Source: Longimicrobiales bacterium (GTDB lineage: Bacteria; Gemmatimonadota; Gemmatimonadetes; Longimicrobiales; Gaopeijiaceae). From it: a stretch of DNA of 64,000 nt. Where the stretch lies: the NCBI GenBank assembly GCA_965219445.1, contig CBDCNQ010000005.1, positions 1,056,001 to 1,120,000 of the forward strand, read 5' to 3'. Positions 9,072 through 21,537 of this stretch are shown piece after piece. The translations under genes were made by a program, and so were the position numbers. A model generated the notes under the pieces. It did no database searches. It was given only the letters and a program-made list of their open reading frames with translations, and was not told where the DNA came from. The first letter of the stretch is position 1; every line of letters begins with the position of its first letter.

Positions 9072-9959
9072 ATGCTCGACCGCACGATCGAACCGGACCC
9101 GCGTCCCGCCGCGCCACCCAGCCGCGCGAACCAACGCATGCGGAACGGCCATCGCCGAGAATACGACGCGAGCCGGGACCGCGGGTCCACCTCCTTCAGA
9201 GAACGGTGCCGTGGGGCGCTCGCCGACATCGGCATCTACGGCGCCGTCTCGTACCGCGATCTCGCCGAGGCTCGCTTCGGCGGCCATCCCTACACCACGC
9301 GGCGGGCGGTGAACGCCTGGACCCGCGAAGGGCTCGCCAAGGAGTCCACGGCCAAGGGGCCAAAGGGAAGGCCGTTCAAGGTCCTGACGCTCACGCGCAA
9401 GGGAGCGGCCGCCATCCGCGACCTGGACGCCGGGCACGGCCTGGACCCCGGACAGCACATAAGGTCCGCCGCTCGCCTCCTCCAACACGCCCAGCTCGCA
9501 CACGACACGGCCATCTACCGGGCCTGCGGCCGCGAACGCCAACGCCTGATCGAGCGGGGCGCCGCCATCCGGCGCGTACGGCTCGACGGCGAGCTCAAGA
9601 GCGCTGTCGCGCGCGGGAGCGAGTCCGCGCGGGCGAGAAACGGTCGCCGGGCCGCGGACGCCGAGCGGCACCGTGTCGCCGGAGAGCTCGGCCTCCCCAT
9701 CGACGCCCAAGGTCGGGTGCTCTACCCCGATGCGCAGATCCAGTACGTCGATGCCGAGGGGCACACCGGCCGTGTCAACATCGAGGTCGCATCGGGGCAC
9801 TACCGCCAGGGATCTGTCCGGGCCAAGGCAGCGGCCGGGTTCCGGATGCACGCCAACGGGCCGGCCGGAGCGCGGGTGCTTAGGGCGCTCGGCTGCGAGG
9901 ATCATGGCTCCTCCCTACGGGGTCCGGCCGAGCGGGACCCGGCCGCGATCGAGCTCTAG
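9072..9959 (+). CDS. Replication-relaxation-like protein (winged helix plus PD-(D/E)XK-type domain); candidate relaxase
   Basis: wHTH-like N-terminal half; QLAHD; YPDAQIQY...RVNIEV; RBS ggag upstream. Confidence 0.6.
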   Translation: MLDRTIEPDPRPAAPPSRANQRMRNGHRREYDASRDRGSTSFRERCRGALADIGIYGAVSYRDLAEARFGGHPYTTRRAVNAWTREGLAKESTAKGPKGRPFKVLTLTRKGAAAIRDLDAGHGLDPGQHIRSAARLLQHAQLAHDTAIYRACGRERQRLIERGAAIRRVRLDGELKSAVARGSESARARNGRRAADAERHRVAGELGLPIDAQGRVLYPDAQIQYVDAEGHTGRVNIEVASGHYRQGSVRAKAAAGFRMHANGPAGARVLRALGCEDHGSSLRGPAERDPAAIEL

Positions 9960-9968
9960 CACACCCCC

Positions 9969-10283
9969 ATGCAACCCTGGCGTATCAGCGCCGGCCTCAG
10001 CGCCGCACTTGTCGGCTCGGGCGTCCTCCTCGCCGGGTCGCGCCTCGAGTATCTCGCGCCGTTCTGGCCACTGATCCTGGCGGACCACGGCGTTCCAATT
10101 GCCTTCCACCTGGCATTGGCGCTGGCCGCCGTCTTGGCCGCCCTCTACGCCGTCGCGCGCGCCGCAGGGCTCGCCGATCTGGGACGCCGCGTCGATCTCG
10201 CCGAGCGCTCCGTCCGGCGCGGCGAGGGCGATCCGGAACTCGCCCGCGCCCTCAAGAGGGACGCCGAGGGCGACTGGGACTGA
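9969..10283 (+). CDS. Small membrane protein
   Basis: Hydrophobic segments and a charged tail; starts 9 nt after the previous gene. Confidence 0.6.
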   Translation: MQPWRISAGLSAALVGSGVLLAGSRLEYLAPFWPLILADHGVPIAFHLALALAAVLAALYAVARAAGLADLGRRVDLAERSVRRGEGDPELARALKRDAEGDWD

Positions 10284-10566
10284 AGCCAAGCCGATCGCGC
10301 GAAACGGTTGCCTGATTCTCCGGCTGTCAGCCTCCTCATCCCACTCGACACTCGCTTGACCCGAGCGGTCCCGGATTTGCCCGGCCTGTCGTAGCTTCAC
10401 AGCAAAGCAACTCACCTCTTCTGTACCATCACTAGAAGAGCACGTAACATGGGATGGACGTAATGAATCATTCTCGAAGGGTTCGCGAGTGAACTCGGTG
10501 GACCGGCGAGCGACTGTCATGGTGAAGGAAACCGCATCCATGCCCGACTCTCTCAATAGAAGGCCC

Positions 10567-10599
10567 TTGACAACGGCCGGCTCGGTACTATTCCACATT
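10567..10599 (+). promoter_or_regulatory. Possible sigma70 promoter for the giant surface protein
   Basis: Perfect TTGACA at 10567-10572; only weak or poorly spaced -10 candidates (TACTAT, TATTCC). Confidence 0.3.
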
Positions 10600-10600
10600 A

Positions 10601-10746
10601 GGAGCCGGGAGCCGGGAGCCGGGAGCCGGGAGCCGGGAGCCGGGAGCCGGGAGCCGGGAGCCGGGAGCCGGGAGCCGGGAGCCGGGAGCCGGGAGCCGGG
10701 AGCCGGGAGCCGGGAGCCGGGAGCCGGGAGCCGGGAGCCGGGAGCC
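10601..10746 (+). repeat. Perfect heptamer tandem repeat, (GGAGCCG)x20 plus GGAGCC
   Basis: Counted directly from the sequence. Confidence 0.98.
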
Positions 10747-10852
10747 AGGTCGCAGGGGCGCCTCCTCCCGGTCTGACTCACAGTCCTTTCTCGCCGCCCC
10801 CGCCGGGCGGCCGCACGCCGACACTCCCCACCCGCAAGAACGCTCCCGCGAC

Positions 10853-13800
10853 ATGGACCGTCGGCCCGACAGGGGCCGGGGCCGCGACTCCTCCCGAAGA
10901 CGCTTTGCTCGTTCCTTAGCTGCCCTTGCCCGTCGCTCGGCGGCGGGGTTGCTGCTGCTGCTCGTCACACTGCTGACCGTCCCGGCTCAGGCGCAGCAGG
11001 CCGCCGTACCCGGTGCGCCGACTGACCTAACCGCAACTGCGGTAGGCGAGACGACGATCGATCTGGCATGGACTGCGCCCGCGGATAACGGCGGCGATGC
11101 GATCATCGGCTACCAGATCGAGGTGTGGGTCGCTGGCGGCATGCACTGGGCGGTTCTAAAAGACGACACTGAATCCGCCGGCACGGACTACGCGCACACC
11201 GGACTGATGGACGGCCGAACACGGTACTACCGGGTCTCGGCGATCACCTCCGTGGGTGCTGGCGCGACGTCGAACGTCGCGAGCGCAACCACCACGGACA
11301 TGATGGCGCCGCAGTTCTCGGGGAACGCTGGGGATACCAGTGTACCGGTCAACGGCACGGACGTGCTTCTCCAATTCGACGAGAGCCTGGACAGGGGAGC
11401 GGGCCGCGTGCCCCTTGCAAGCGCCTTCACCGTCACTGCCGACGGTGTGGCCATTGCGGTGGACGGCGTGCACGTGGAGGGGAGTGTCGTCCGGCTGGCC
11501 CTGGACGGGGTGATAACAAGGGATCAATCCGTCACGGTGAGCTATCGCGACCCCACGCCCGGCGACGACCCGGCGGCCATTCAGGATTACGCCGGCAACG
11601 ACGCGGAGTCCTTTTCCGATCACACGATCTCGAACGGCAGGAATAAGTCCGTTGTATTGGGGGCGCCGACGAACCTGACAGCGACGGGGGTCAGCGCGAC
11701 GCAGATCGACCTGTCGTGGGAGACGCCGGCCGGGTTCACGCCCACGGGCTACCGGATCGAGGTGTCCACCGACGGCGGCACGACCTGGACCGACCGGGTG
11801 GCCAACACCGGGTCCACCGCCACCGCCTACGCGCACACCGGCCTGACGCTCGGCGACACGCGCCACTACCGGGTCTCGGCCATCCACTTCAGCAACCCGG
11901 CGCTGGCGTCGAACGTCGCCAGCGCCGCCGCCTTCGACACCGCGGATACCACCGCGCCGGCGTTCTTGCGTAACAATGGACTAACCAGAGTGGGCAGCGC
12001 AGGCGGCGCCCTCTTTCTCATTTACAACGAGGATCTCGACGACAGCGCTGGCCGCACGCCCCCCGCCAGCGCCTTTACCGTCACCGCCGACGGCAGCACG
12101 GTCACGGTGACCGAGGCGCAGATACTCGGACAGCTCGTCCGTCTGCTCCTGGATCCGGTGATCACCATTTATCAGACCGTCACGGTGAGCTACCGCGATC
12201 CCACGGTGGGCGACGATGCAGCCGCCATTCAGGACTTCGCCGGCAACGACGCGGCGTCCTTTGCCGATCACACCATCACGAACAACTCCCTCCTACTGGG
12301 CGCGCCGACGAACCTGACGGCGACGGGGGTCAGCGCGACGCAGATCGACCTGTCGTGGGAGGCGCCGGCCGGGTTCACGCCCACGGGCTACCGGATCGAG
12401 GTGTCCGCCAACGGCGGCACGACCTGGACCGATCGGGTGGCCGACACCGAGTCGACCGCCACCGCCTACTCCCACACCGGGCTGACGCTCGGCGACACGC
12501 GCCACTACCGGGTCTCGGCGGTCCTCGGCGACCGGACGGCGCTGGCCTCCAACGTCGCCAGCGCCGCCGCCTTCGACACCGCGGATACCACCGCGCCGGC
12601 GTTCTTGCGTAACAATGGACTAACCAGAGTGGGCAGCGCAGGCGGCGCCCTCTTTCTCATTTACAACGAGGATCTCGACGACAGCGCTGGCCGCACGCCC
12701 CCCGCCAGCGCCTTTACCGTCACCGCCGACGGCAGCACGGTCACGGTGACCGAGGCGCAGATACTCGGACAGCTCGTCCGTCTGCTCCTGGATCCGGTGA
12801 TCACCATTTATCAGACCGTCACGGTGAGCTACCGCGATCCCACGGTGGGCGACGATGCAGCCGCCATTCAGGACTTCGCCGGCAACGACGCGGCGTCCTT
12901 TGCCGATCACACCATCACGAACAACTCCCTCCTACTGGGCGCGCCGACGAACCTGACGGCGACGGCCATCAGCGCGACGCAGATCGACCTGTCGTGGGAG
13001 GCGCCGGCCGGGTTCACGCCCACGGGCTACCGGATCGAGGTGTCCGCCGACGGCGGCACGACCTGGACCGATCGGGTGGCCGACACCGAGTCGACCGCCA
13101 CCGCCTACTCCCACACCGGGCTGACGCTCGGCGACACGCGCCACTACCGGGTCTCGGCGGTCCTCGGCGACCGGACGGCGCTGGCCTCCAACGTCGCCAG
13201 CGCCGCCGCCTTCGACACCGCGGATACCACCGCGCCGGCGTTCTTGCGTAACAATGGACTAACCAGAGTGGGCAGCGCAGGCGGCGCCCTCTTTCTCATT
13301 TACAACGAGGATCTCGACGACAGCGCTGGCCGCACGCCCCCCGCCAGCGCCTTTACCGTCACCGCCGACGGCAGCACGGTCACGGTGACCGAGGCGCAGA
13401 TACTCGGACAGCTCGTCCGTCTGCTCCTGGATCCGGTGATCACCATTTATCAGACCGTCACGGTGAGCTACCGCGATCCCACGGTGGGCGACGATGCAGC
13501 CGCCATTCAGGACTTCGCCGGCAACGACGCGGCGTCCTTTGCCGATCACACCATCACGAACAACTCCCTCCTACTGGGCCCACCGACGAACCTGACGGCG
13601 ACGGCCATCAGCGCGACGCAGATCGACCTGTCGTGGGAGGCGCCGGCCGGGTTCACGCCCACGGGCTACCGGATCGAGGTGTCCGCCGACGGCGGCACGA
13701 CCTGGACCGATCGGGTGGCCGACACCGAGTCGACCGCCACCGCCTACTCCCACACCGGGCTGACGCTCGGCGATACGCGCCACTACCGGGTCTCGGCGGT

Positions 13801-16800
13801 CCTCGGCGACCGGACGGCGCTGGCCTCCAACGTCGCCAGCGCCGCCGCCTTCGACACCGCGGATACCACCCCGCCAACGTTTGTGTATGACGACCCGACT
13901 ACCGAAGTAGTGCTCAGCGGCTATCAGGTCGCCTTAGCATTCAACGAGGTGCTCGACGGCCGTGCCGGCCGCCTGCCTCTCGCCAGCGCCTTCACCGTGA
14001 CCGCCGACGGCAGCACGGTCACGGTGACCGAGGCGCTGGTAGTCGCACAGTCCGTCCGCCTGGTCCTGGACGGGGTGATCACGTACCGGCAAACCGTCAC
14101 GGTGAGCTACGGGGATCCCACGCCCGGCGACGATGAGGCGGCCATCCAGGATTATGCCGGCAACGACGCGGCATCCTTCACGGATCAAGCCATAACCAAT
14201 ATCTCCGACCTCTGGCAGGGGCCGACGAACCTGCGGGCGACTAGGAGAAACCTGAACGAGACCGACCTGTCGTGGCAGGCGCCGGCGGACTTCGAGCCCG
14301 AGAGTTACCGGGTCGAGGGCAACAACAACGCCCCCAATACCTGGACCACCCTGGTCGCCGGGGTGGATGATCCCACCGACACCGTCTTTTCCCATTACGA
14401 CCAGTTCCCCGACCCGACCCTTCCGTACCGCTACCGGGTCTGGGCGGTTTCGAGCACCGTCGAGTCCGTCGTGTCGAACACGGCGGCCGCAGGCCCGGAC
14501 CGAGTGCCCCCGGTCCTTGTCCCGGAGCACCGGGATACCTCGGTGCTCAGCGACGGCACAGCCATCACGCTCAAGTTCGACGAAATCCTGGTGGACGGCC
14601 CCCCGTGGAGCGCCTTTACGGTGACGGTGGACGGCATCCCGGTTCAGCAGGGCCGCGTCACAACCGGGCAAGAGCAGATCCGGCTGACGGGCTTCGAATC
14701 GCCGATCGGGGGCGGTCGGGTCGTGAGGGTCAGCTACCGCGATCCCACACCCGGCGACGACCCGGCGGCCATCCAGGACGCCGCCGGCAACGACGCCGCG
14801 TCCTTCACCGACGTGGTGGTCAAGAACAGTTCCCGGGTGCTGCCGGCGCCGACGAACCTGAGGGCGACGGGGATCGACGATACGCGGATCGGGCTCGCCT
14901 GGAACGCGCCGGACCTGTCCGGGCTCGTCTGGCCGGAGCATCTCCCCGGGGCCGGTATCCACGGCTACAAGATCGAAGCGTCCACCGATGGCGGCACGAC
15001 CTGGACCACCCTGGTGCTCACCGACAACCGGGCTACCAGCTACGTCCACACCGGCCTGGCGCACGGCGCTGTCCGGCACTACCGGGTCTCGGCGATCAAC
15101 GCGTTCGTTTTTGCGGGCCTGCCGTCAAACGTCGCCGGCGCCATCTCCTCGGATACCCAGCCGCCGTCCCTCAAGAGCGCCGCCACGAACCAGGACGGCA
15201 CCGAGGTCAACCTCACATTCACCGAAGCCGTCAGAACCGGATCCGGTTTCGGCCCCCCCGCGAGCGCCTTCACTGTCACGGCGGACGGCACGCCCACGAC
15301 CGTGGGCACCGTCACCAGCGGGTCTACGAGCGTCCTTCTGAGGGGCTTGGGTTTGGTGATCAGGCAAGGCCAGACGGTCACGGCGAGCTACCGCGATCCC
15401 ACGCCGGGCGACGACCAGGCCGCACTCCAGGATGACGCCCTCAACGACGTGGCGTCCTTTACCGACCGGCCGGTCACGAATCAGTCCACGGTGGCGCCCA
15501 CGGCGCCGGGCGCGCCGGCCAACCTCAAGGCGCGGGCCAGGGGCGACACGCGGATCGACCTGTCCTGGGACGCGCCGGGGGACACCGGAGGCCGCGCGAT
15601 CGACGGCTACAAGATCGAAGTGTCGTCCGACAACGGCAACACGTGGACGGACCGGACCGCGAACACCGGATCGGCCGACACCGCCTACTCCCACACCAGC
15701 CTTACGTCAGGCTCGACGCGGCACTACCGGGTCTCGGCGATCAACGCGGTGGGCACGGGCGCGGTCTCGAACGTCGCCAACGCCACCGCGGGGTCGGGTC
15801 CGGCGACGCCGGAGAGCGTGTCGGCGACGGGGGCGTACGCGCGCGTCGGTGTGACCTGGGACGCGGTCACCGGGGCGACCGGCTACACGGTGCAGTGGAA
15901 ATCCGGAGAGGAGTCGTTCTCGAGTGCCCGCGAGACTGCGGTGACGACCAACAGTGCGACGGTGTCCCCGCTCGCCAACGGGGCGGCCTTCATGGTGCGG
16001 GTGAGTGCCAGCAACACCGCGGGTGATAGCGAGTGGTCGGGGGCGGTCACGGCCGCGACCCCGGTCCTGGCGGCGCCGGCGAATGTCGTGGCGACCCGCG
16101 GCGACGGGCGCCTGGACGTGAGCTGGGACGCGGTCGAGGGAGCGGAGCGGTACAAGGTGCAGTGGACGTCGGGCGGGCGGGCGTTTGCGGACTCCCGCGA
16201 GATCACGGCGGAGACGAACGCGGCGACGGTGCCCGATCTCGCGAACGGCACGACGTATACGCTGCGGGTGCGGGCGGCCAACGCCGGTGGCGAGAGCGAC
16301 TGGTCGGCCACGGAAACGGGCACGCCGCAGGTGCCGGCGCCCGAGACCCCGGAGAAGCTGAAGGTGACGGCGGGCGACACCAACCTGGCGGTGACCTGGG
16401 ACGCGGTGCCGGTCGCGGCGGAGTACACCGTGCAGTGGAAATCCGGGACTGAAGAGTTCGATTCCGAGCGGCAACTGACGGTGACGGTGAACACCGCGAC
16501 GGTGCCCGGGCTGGTCAACGGAACCACCTACACGCTGCGGGTGCAGGCGGCCAACGCGGGCGGTGAGAGCGGCTGGTCGGAGACGGCCACCGGCACGCCG
16601 ACGCCGCTCGGGGTGCCGGGGAACATGGAGGTGACGGCCTGGGACGGGCGCGTGGCGGTGTGCTTCGACGAGGTCGTGGGTGCGACCGAGTACACGGTCC
16701 AGTGGCGGACGGACGCGGAGGCGTACAGCGAGGACCGGCAGAAGACCGTGTTCGAGACCTCCGAGACGATGGACTGCGGCGAGGGGCGGCTGAGCACGAC

Positions 16801-19800
16801 CGTCCACCGGCTGGCCAACGAGACGCCGCACTGGTTCCGGGTGCGGGCGAGCAACTCCTGGTGGGACGAGGGAATCAAGCGCAAGGACAGCCTCTGGTCG
16901 GTCGAGGTGACGGCCACGCCGACGGCGACGCCGGCGGCGCCAGCCAATCTGGTGGTCACGCCGGGCGACGGGCGCCTGGACGTGAGCTGGGACGCGGTCG
17001 AGGGCGCGGACAGCTACACGGTCGAGTGGCGGCAGTCGGGGACGGTGCGGGAGCAGGAGGAGACGACCCACGCCGCAGCCCTCACCGGCCTGGTCAACGG
17101 AACGACGTACTCGCTGCGGGTGAAGGCGGCCAACGAGGTGGGCGAGGGTCCCTGGTCGGTGTCGGCGAGGGGCAGGCCGGACCCGCTGGGGCACCCGCCG
17201 GAGGTGTCGATCACGCTCGGTGCGGGGCCGCCGGTGGACGGCGCGTTTGCTGTGAAGGTGACGTTCTCGGAGGCGGTGCGCGGCTTCGAGGACGGCGATC
17301 TGACGGCGGGCTATGTCGGCGGTCCCGGCGTGTTGGTGCGCGGCTTCGACGAGGAGCAGACGGGGCTGGTCTATAGCGCGATGGTGCCGGCGCCGCAGCC
17401 GGGAAAGCTGGTCATCTCGGTGGGTCCGGGAAAGGCCGCCGCGGTCTCCGACTCGCAGGGGAACGCGCTCGGCGCCCTCGTGGTCGAGGTCGGCGACTCG
17501 GGCAATCCGGTGGCGGTGTCCGGGCCAGTGGTGACGGGGGTGTTGATGTCGACGCAATCCGGGAGCGGGAGGCAGGACGGATTCGGCACGCGATCGGTGG
17601 CGGCAAGGGGCAGCTCGGGGTCGGGTAGCTCGGTGCGGGTGACGGTGACGTTCAGCGAGCCGGTGACGGTGGACCTCTCGGGCGGAACGCCGACGATCGG
17701 CCTGATGCTGGGCGGGGGGACAAGAAAGACACCCTACGCGGGCGGCACGGAGACGGAGACGTTGCTTTTCGTCTACACGCTGACCGGGGAAGACGGGAGC
17801 GTGACCGGTGGGTCGGTGACACAGAACAGTCTCACGCTAAACGGAGGGACCATCCGGAGCTGGTCGGGAGAGGACGCGGACCTGGGGCACCCGAGTGCAG
17901 CGCTGGGTGATGCGGGTAGTGGAGAGCTCCCGGCTCTGACGGCCCGCTTCGAGGCGGCACCGGAGGCGCATGACGGCGCGGGCACGTTCACGGTCCGGCT
18001 CGTGTTCAGCGAGCCGGTCGCGATCAGCTACCAGACGCTGCGCGACGAGTCCTTGTCGGCGGCGGGAGGCTCGGTCGAGGGCGCCCGGCGCGTGGATGGG
18101 CGCAGCGATCTGTGGGAGATCACCCTCAAACCGGCCTCGGACGAGCCGGTGACGCTCACGCTCGCGGCGGGGCGTGCCTGCGATACAGCGGGTGCGGTCT
18201 GCACGGCGGACGGACGGCGGCTGTCGAATGAGGCGGTGCTGACTGTGCCCGGCCCGGCAGGAGACGGTCCGGAACTGACGGCGCAGTTCGAGAACGTGCC
18301 GGAGGCCCATGACGGCCAGAGCGCCTTCAGCTTCCAAGTGGCCTTCAGCGAGGACATCGGAATCAGCTACCAGGCGTTGCGCGACGAATCGTTCACGGTG
18401 ACCGGAGGCACCATCACGCGGGCGCGGCGGATCGATGGCCGCCACGACCTGTGGGAGATCGGGGTTGAGCCGGCCGGGCGCGAGGCCGTGACGATCACGC
18501 TCCCTGGCGGGCGTGCGTGCGGGACGGCCGGGGCCGTCTGTACCCGCGGGGACAGCCCGCGGCCGCTCGGCAACAGCCCCTCGTCCACCGTGGAGGGCCC
18601 GGCGAGGGAACTGCTGACGGCCGAGTTTGAGAATGTGCCGGACGAGCACACCGGCGACGACTTCGCGTTCGGGCTGACATTCAGCGAGGAACTCGACAAG
18701 GACTTCAGCTACCAAACGTTGCGCGACGAGGCGTTCGCGGTGACGGGCGGCACGGTGCGCGGGGCCAAACGCCGGGAGCAGGGGAGCAACCTGGGCTGGA
18801 CGATCACGGTCGAGCCGGACTCCGACGGCGTGGTGACACTCCGGCTGCCGGAGACGACCGACTGTGGTGCAAGCGGCGCGGTCTGCACCGGCGACGGCCG
18901 GCCGTTATCCACTTCGCTCTCGGCGACGGTCGCCGGGCTGGTGGGGATCTCGGTGGCCGATGCCCGCGTGGAGGAAGGCGCGGGCGCGGTGCTGGCCTTC
19001 GCGGTGACGCTCGAGCGGGCGGCGGGCGGGGCGGTGACGGTCGACTACGCCACGTCGGACGGCACGGCTCAGGCGGGCGTGGACTACACGGCCACGAGCG
19101 GCACGCTCACGTTCGATGCGGGCGACACGGAGAAGACAGTCGAGGTCCCGGTGCTCGACGACTCGCACGACGAGGGCGACGAAGCGCTGACGCTCCGGCT
19201 GTCGAACGCGTCGGGCGGCCGGCTGGCCGACGCGGAGGCGACCGGGACGATCGAGAACACCGATCCGCTGCCACGCGCGCTCTTGGCTCGGTTCGGCCGG
19301 GCGACGGCGCTCCACGTGATGGAACAGGTCGAGGAGCGGCTGGAGGCGCCCAGGGCTCCGGGCCTGCGGGGCCGGTTCGCGGGCCGTGAGCTCCGGCGCG
19401 GGATGGAGCGGGAGATGGGACGCAACTTCCTGAGCCGGCTCGAGTCCACGGCGGTTCAGGGCGCCCGGGACACGACGGGCGTCCAGCCCGATCTGGGCGG
19501 CGCCGAACTTCTGCGGATGGGTCTCGGCGGCGGGGACCTGCTGATGGGCTCGGGGTTCGTGTTGAACCGCGAGACGGGCCAGGGCGCGAGCGTGTCGCTC
19601 TGGAGCCGTGGGATGGAGTCGCGGTTCAGCGGCCGGGACGGCGAGCTGTCGCTCGACGGCGGGGTCCGGACGACGATGTTCGGCGCGGACTACGCAAAGG
19701 GACCGCTGATGGCGGGGCTGATGCTCTCGCACCGCCGAGGCCTGGGCGGCTACCAGGGGGCCGATGTCGGCCAGGTGGCCTCGTCGGTCACGGGGCTGCA

Positions 19801-20743
19801 TCCGTGGGTGGGCTACAAGCTGACGGAGCGGGTCACGCTCTGGGGCGTGACCGGATACGGGAAGGGCTCGCTGAGCTTGACGCCGGGCGAGGCACTGTCT
19901 GTCCCAACGTCTTCTCTCACGTCCCCTGTCTCTCTCAACGGCGGCCTCTCGATGTCGATGCTGGCCGGCGGCGTGAGAGGCGACTTGGTGGATGCGGGTG
20001 TGGGCGGCTTCGGGCTGGCGTTCAAGGCGGATGCGCTGTGGGTGGGTACGGGCAGCGAGGCCGTGGACGGCCCGGCAGGCCGGTTGGCGGCGACCGAGGC
20101 CGTGGTGACGCGCGTGCGGACGGCGCTCGAGGCCTCGAGGGGCTACGTCGTCGGACACGGGATCGCGCTGCAGCCGAGCCTCGAGGTCGGGCTCAGGAAG
20201 GACGGCGGGGACGCGGAGACGGGCGCGGGCGCGGATGTCGCCGCAAGCCTGATCGCATCGGACCCGTGGACCGGACTGTCGGTCGACGTGCGCGTGCGGA
20301 CGCTGCTGGTGCATCAGGACGAAGGGTTCCGGGAACGGGGTGTGTCGGTGTCGTTCAGCTACGATCCGACGCCCTCGACGCCGCTGGGGTTTACGGCGCG
20401 GGTGGCGCCCTCATGGGGCGGGCAGGCGATGAGCGGTGCCGACGCGCTCTGGGGCCGCGATACGATGGCGGGGCTCGGGGCAGCAGGCCCGGGATCGGGC
20501 AACCGCCTCGATGGCGAGCTCGGCTACGCGCTGCCGGTCGGGAGCCGGCTCGTGGGGACGCCGAGGGTCGGCGTCACAACCTCCGAGTACGGGCGCGACT
20601 ACCGGCTGGGCTACAAACTGACCCTGTTGCAGGCCGGCGCCATGAACTTCGAGTTCGGCCTCGACGCCCAACGCCGCCAGAGCTTGCTGGGCCAGGGAGA
20701 CCCGGAGCACAGCCTGCACGGCCGCGTCACCGCGCGCTGGTAG
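10853..20743 (+). CDS. Giant 3,296-aa surface protein/adhesin: FN3 and SwmB-like repeats, Ig-like and Cys-pair repeats, Calx-beta, C-terminal beta-barrel
   Basis: Signal-peptide-like [17 protein letters not shown]3 motifs ([18 protein letters not shown]); SwmB-like [18 protein letters not shown]; Calx-beta [16 protein letters not shown]; amphipathic strands ending in W. Confidence 0.9.
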   Translation: MDRRPDRGRGRDSSRRRFARSLAALARRSAAGLLLLLVTLLTVPAQAQQAAVPGAPTDLTATAVGETTIDLAWTAPADNGGDAIIGYQIEVWVAGGMHWAVLKDDTESAGTDYAHTGLMDGRTRYYRVSAITSVGAGATSNVASATTTDMMAPQFSGNAGDTSVPVNGTDVLLQFDESLDRGAGRVPLASAFTVTADGVAIAVDGVHVEGSVVRLALDGVITRDQSVTVSYRDPTPGDDPAAIQDYAGNDAESFSDHTISNGRNKSVVLGAPTNLTATGVSATQIDLSWETPAGFTPTGYRIEVSTDGGTTWTDRVANTGSTATAYAHTGLTLGDTRHYRVSAIHFSNPALASNVASAAAFDTADTTAPAFLRNNGLTRVGSAGGALFLIYNEDLDDSAGRTPPASAFTVTADGSTVTVTEAQILGQLVRLLLDPVITIYQTVTVSYRDPTVGDDAAAIQDFAGNDAASFADHTITNNSLLLGAPTNLTATGVSATQIDLSWEAPAGFTPTGYRIEVSANGGTTWTDRVADTESTATAYSHTGLTLGDTRHYRVSAVLGDRTALASNVASAAAFDTADTTAPAFLRNNGLTRVGSAGGALFLIYNEDLDDSAGRTPPASAFTVTADGSTVTVTEAQILGQLVRLLLDPVITIYQTVTVSYRDPTVGDDAAAIQDFAGNDAASFADHTITNNSLLLGAPTNLTATAISATQIDLSWEAPAGFTPTGYRIEVSADGGTTWTDRVADTESTATAYSHTGLTLGDTRHYRVSAVLGDRTALASNVASAAAFDTADTTAPAFLRNNGLTRVGSAGGALFLIYNEDLDDSAGRTPPASAFTVTADGSTVTVTEAQILGQLVRLLLDPVITIYQTVTVSYRDPTVGDDAAAIQDFAGNDAASFADHTITNNSLLLGPPTNLTATAISATQIDLSWEAPAGFTPTGYRIEVSADGGTTWTDRVADTESTATAYSHTGLTLGDTRHYRVSAVLGDRTALASNVASAAAFDTADTTPPTFVYDDPTTEVVLSGYQVALAFNEVLDGRAGRLPLASAFTVTADGSTVTVTEALVVAQSVRLVLDGVITYRQTVTVSYGDPTPGDDEAAIQDYAGNDAASFTDQAITNISDLWQGPTNLRATRRNLNETDLSWQAPADFEPESYRVEGNNNAPNTWTTLVAGVDDPTDTVFSHYDQFPDPTLPYRYRVWAVSSTVESVVSNTAAAGPDRVPPVLVPEHRDTSVLSDGTAITLKFDEILVDGPPWSAFTVTVDGIPVQQGRVTTGQEQIRLTGFESPIGGGRVVRVSYRDPTPGDDPAAIQDAAGNDAASFTDVVVKNSSRVLPAPTNLRATGIDDTRIGLAWNAPDLSGLVWPEHLPGAGIHGYKIEASTDGGTTWTTLVLTDNRATSYVHTGLAHGAVRHYRVSAINAFVFAGLPSNVAGAISSDTQPPSLKSAATNQDGTEVNLTFTEAVRTGSGFGPPASAFTVTADGTPTTVGTVTSGSTSVLLRGLGLVIRQGQTVTASYRDPTPGDDQAALQDDALNDVASFTDRPVTNQSTVAPTAPGAPANLKARARGDTRIDLSWDAPGDTGGRAIDGYKIEVSSDNGNTWTDRTANTGSADTAYSHTSLTSGSTRHYRVSAINAVGTGAVSNVANATAGSGPATPESVSATGAYARVGVTWDAVTGATGYTVQWKSGEESFSSARETAVTTNSATVSPLANGAAFMVRVSASNTAGDSEWSGAVTAATPVLAAPANVVATRGDGRLDVSWDAVEGAERYKVQWTSGGRAFADSREITAETNAATVPDLANGTTYTLRVRAANAGGESDWSATETGTPQVPAPETPEKLKVTAGDTNLAVTWDAVPVAAEYTVQWKSGTEEFDSERQLTVTVNTATVPGLVNGTTYTLRVQAANAGGESGWSETATGTPTPLGVPGNMEVTAWDGRVAVCFDEVVGATEYTVQWRTDAEAYSEDRQKTVFETSETMDCGEGRLSTTVHRLANETPHWFRVRASNSWWDEGIKRKDSLWSVEVTATPTATPAAPANLVVTPGDGRLDVSWDAVEGADSYTVEWRQSGTVREQEETTHAAALTGLVNGTTYSLRVKAANEVGEGPWSVSARGRPDPLGHPPEVSITLGAGPPVDGAFAVKVTFSEAVRGFEDGDLTAGYVGGPGVLVRGFDEEQTGLVYSAMVPAPQPGKLVISVGPGKAAAVSDSQGNALGALVVEVGDSGNPVAVSGPVVTGVLMSTQSGSGRQDGFGTRSVAARGSSGSGSSVRVTVTFSEPVTVDLSGGTPTIGLMLGGGTRKTPYAGGTETETLLFVYTLTGEDGSVTGGSVTQNSLTLNGGTIRSWSGEDADLGHPSAALGDAGSGELPALTARFEAAPEAHDGAGTFTVRLVFSEPVAISYQTLRDESLSAAGGSVEGARRVDGRSDLWEITLKPASDEPVTLTLAAGRACDTAGAVCTADGRRLSNEAVLTVPGPAGDGPELTAQFENVPEAHDGQSAFSFQVAFSEDIGISYQALRDESFTVTGGTITRARRIDGRHDLWEIGVEPAGREAVTITLPGGRACGTAGAVCTRGDSPRPLGNSPSSTVEGPARELLTAEFENVPDEHTGDDFAFGLTFSEELDKDFSYQTLRDEAFAVTGGTVRGAKRREQGSNLGWTITVEPDSDGVVTLRLPETTDCGASGAVCTGDGRPLSTSLSATVAGLVGISVADARVEEGAGAVLAFAVTLERAAGGAVTVDYATSDGTAQAGVDYTATSGTLTFDAGDTEKTVEVPVLDDSHDEGDEALTLRLSNASGGRLADAEATGTIENTDPLPRALLARFGRATALHVMEQVEERLEAPRAPGLRGRFAGRELRRGMEREMGRNFLSRLESTAVQGARDTTGVQPDLGGAELLRMGLGGGDLLMGSGFVLNRETGQGASVSLWSRGMESRFSGRDGELSLDGGVRTTMFGADYAKGPLMAGLMLSHRRGLGGYQGADVGQVASSVTGLHPWVGYKLTERVTLWGVTGYGKGSLSLTPGEALSVPTSSLTSPVSLNGGLSMSMLAGGVRGDLVDAGVGGFGLAFKADALWVGTGSEAVDGPAGRLAATEAVVTRVRTALEASRGYVVGHGIALQPSLEVGLRKDGGDAETGAGADVAASLIASDPWTGLSVDVRVRTLLVHQDEGFRERGVSVSFSYDPTPSTPLGFTARVAPSWGGQAMSGADALWGRDTMAGLGAAGPGSGNRLDGELGYALPVGSRLVGTPRVGVTTSEYGRDYRLGYKLTLLQAGAMNFEFGLDAQRRQSLLGQGDPEHSLHGRVTARW
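11660..13870 (+). repeat. Intragenic 639-bp (213-aa) near-identical tandem repeat, about 3.5 units
   Basis: Identical segments recur at 11981, 12620 and 13259 (period 639). Confidence 0.95.
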
Positions 20744-21046
20744 ACGCCGACGGACCGGCAATCTGAAATGCGGCGCGGCCGGACCTCAGTCGCCAGCACG
20801 GCCGGGTACCGGTGCTTCATGATGTCGGATGCGTTGCAAGCCTGTGTCGAGGCCGAAGAGACGCGCCAAAATCGCTTACAAAAACCGCGGCGCGAGGCTC
20901 GCCGTACCCACACCACAACCCGTCTGCTGGCCGCGCTCGCGGGTCGGCTTGAGCAGCACCCTCCGAGGCGAGATCGGGTCGTGCTCGGCCGGACGCAGCC
21001 GTCGGGGTGCGGGTCTTCGCAGGCCGCGTCCCGACCGGCAGGCGCC

Positions 21047-21313
21047 ATGGAGACGCTGACGAAGCCGTTCCGATCGCGAGTGGCTGCGTCCCTCGAGCGC
21101 ACGGGCATGAGAACATCCACGCTCGGTCGGCAAGCGGTGGGCGATCCGATCCCGGTGCGTCAGCTCCGTCCTGGCCGATCCCCGAGGCTGGCGATGGCCT
21201 GCCAGGTCCCCGTGTTCATCGAAGCCTCCAGCCGGGCTCATGTGGCCCCTGTTCCCTCCCGGGGCAACGCGCCCCGCAATTCTTCACCGAACAGAACGGA
21301 GGCAGACCGATGA
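21047..21313 (+). CDS. Small Cro-like/HTH DNA-binding protein, possibly degenerate
   Basis: LERTGMRTSTLGRQAVGDP..VRQLRPGRSP resembles phage/island HTH proteins; ATGA overlap with alpA. Confidence 0.5.
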   Translation: METLTKPFRSRVAASLERTGMRTSTLGRQAVGDPIPVRQLRPGRSPRLAMACQVPVFIEASSRAHVAPVPSRGNAPRNSSPNRTEADR

Positions 21314-21537
21314 CGAGAGCAATGGAACAGGGCATGGACGCGCCCGTGCGCGTCCTGCGGTTACCTCGAGTGCAGGCCCGCACCGGGCTGGCGCGGAGCA
21401 CGATCTATGTGCGGGTGGCCGACGGGAGCTTTCCCCAACCGATCCGGCTAGGCGCGCGCGCCGTCGGCTGGATCGAGTCCGAAGTGGATGCGTGGATCCG
21501 AGACCAGATCGCCGCGAGCCGTGGCAGTGCCGAGTGA
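21310..21537 (+). CDS. alpA: AlpA-family regulator / recombination directionality factor
   Basis: LRLPRVQARTGLARSTIY..GSFPQPIRLGARAVGWIESEVDAWI. Confidence 0.92.
   Translation: MTRAMEQGMDAPVRVLRLPRVQARTGLARSTIYVRVADGSFPQPIRLGARAVGWIESEVDAWIRDQIAASRGSAE

Noticed and set aside
10284..10560. Lower-GC segment as a possible IS remnant
   Set aside because: No terminal repeats or recognisable transposase motif.
10601..10746. CRISPR array, or proteins encoded by the repeat (SREPGAG/PGSRLPA ORFs)
   Set aside because: There are no spacers; the ORFs simply read through a stop-free heptamer repeat.
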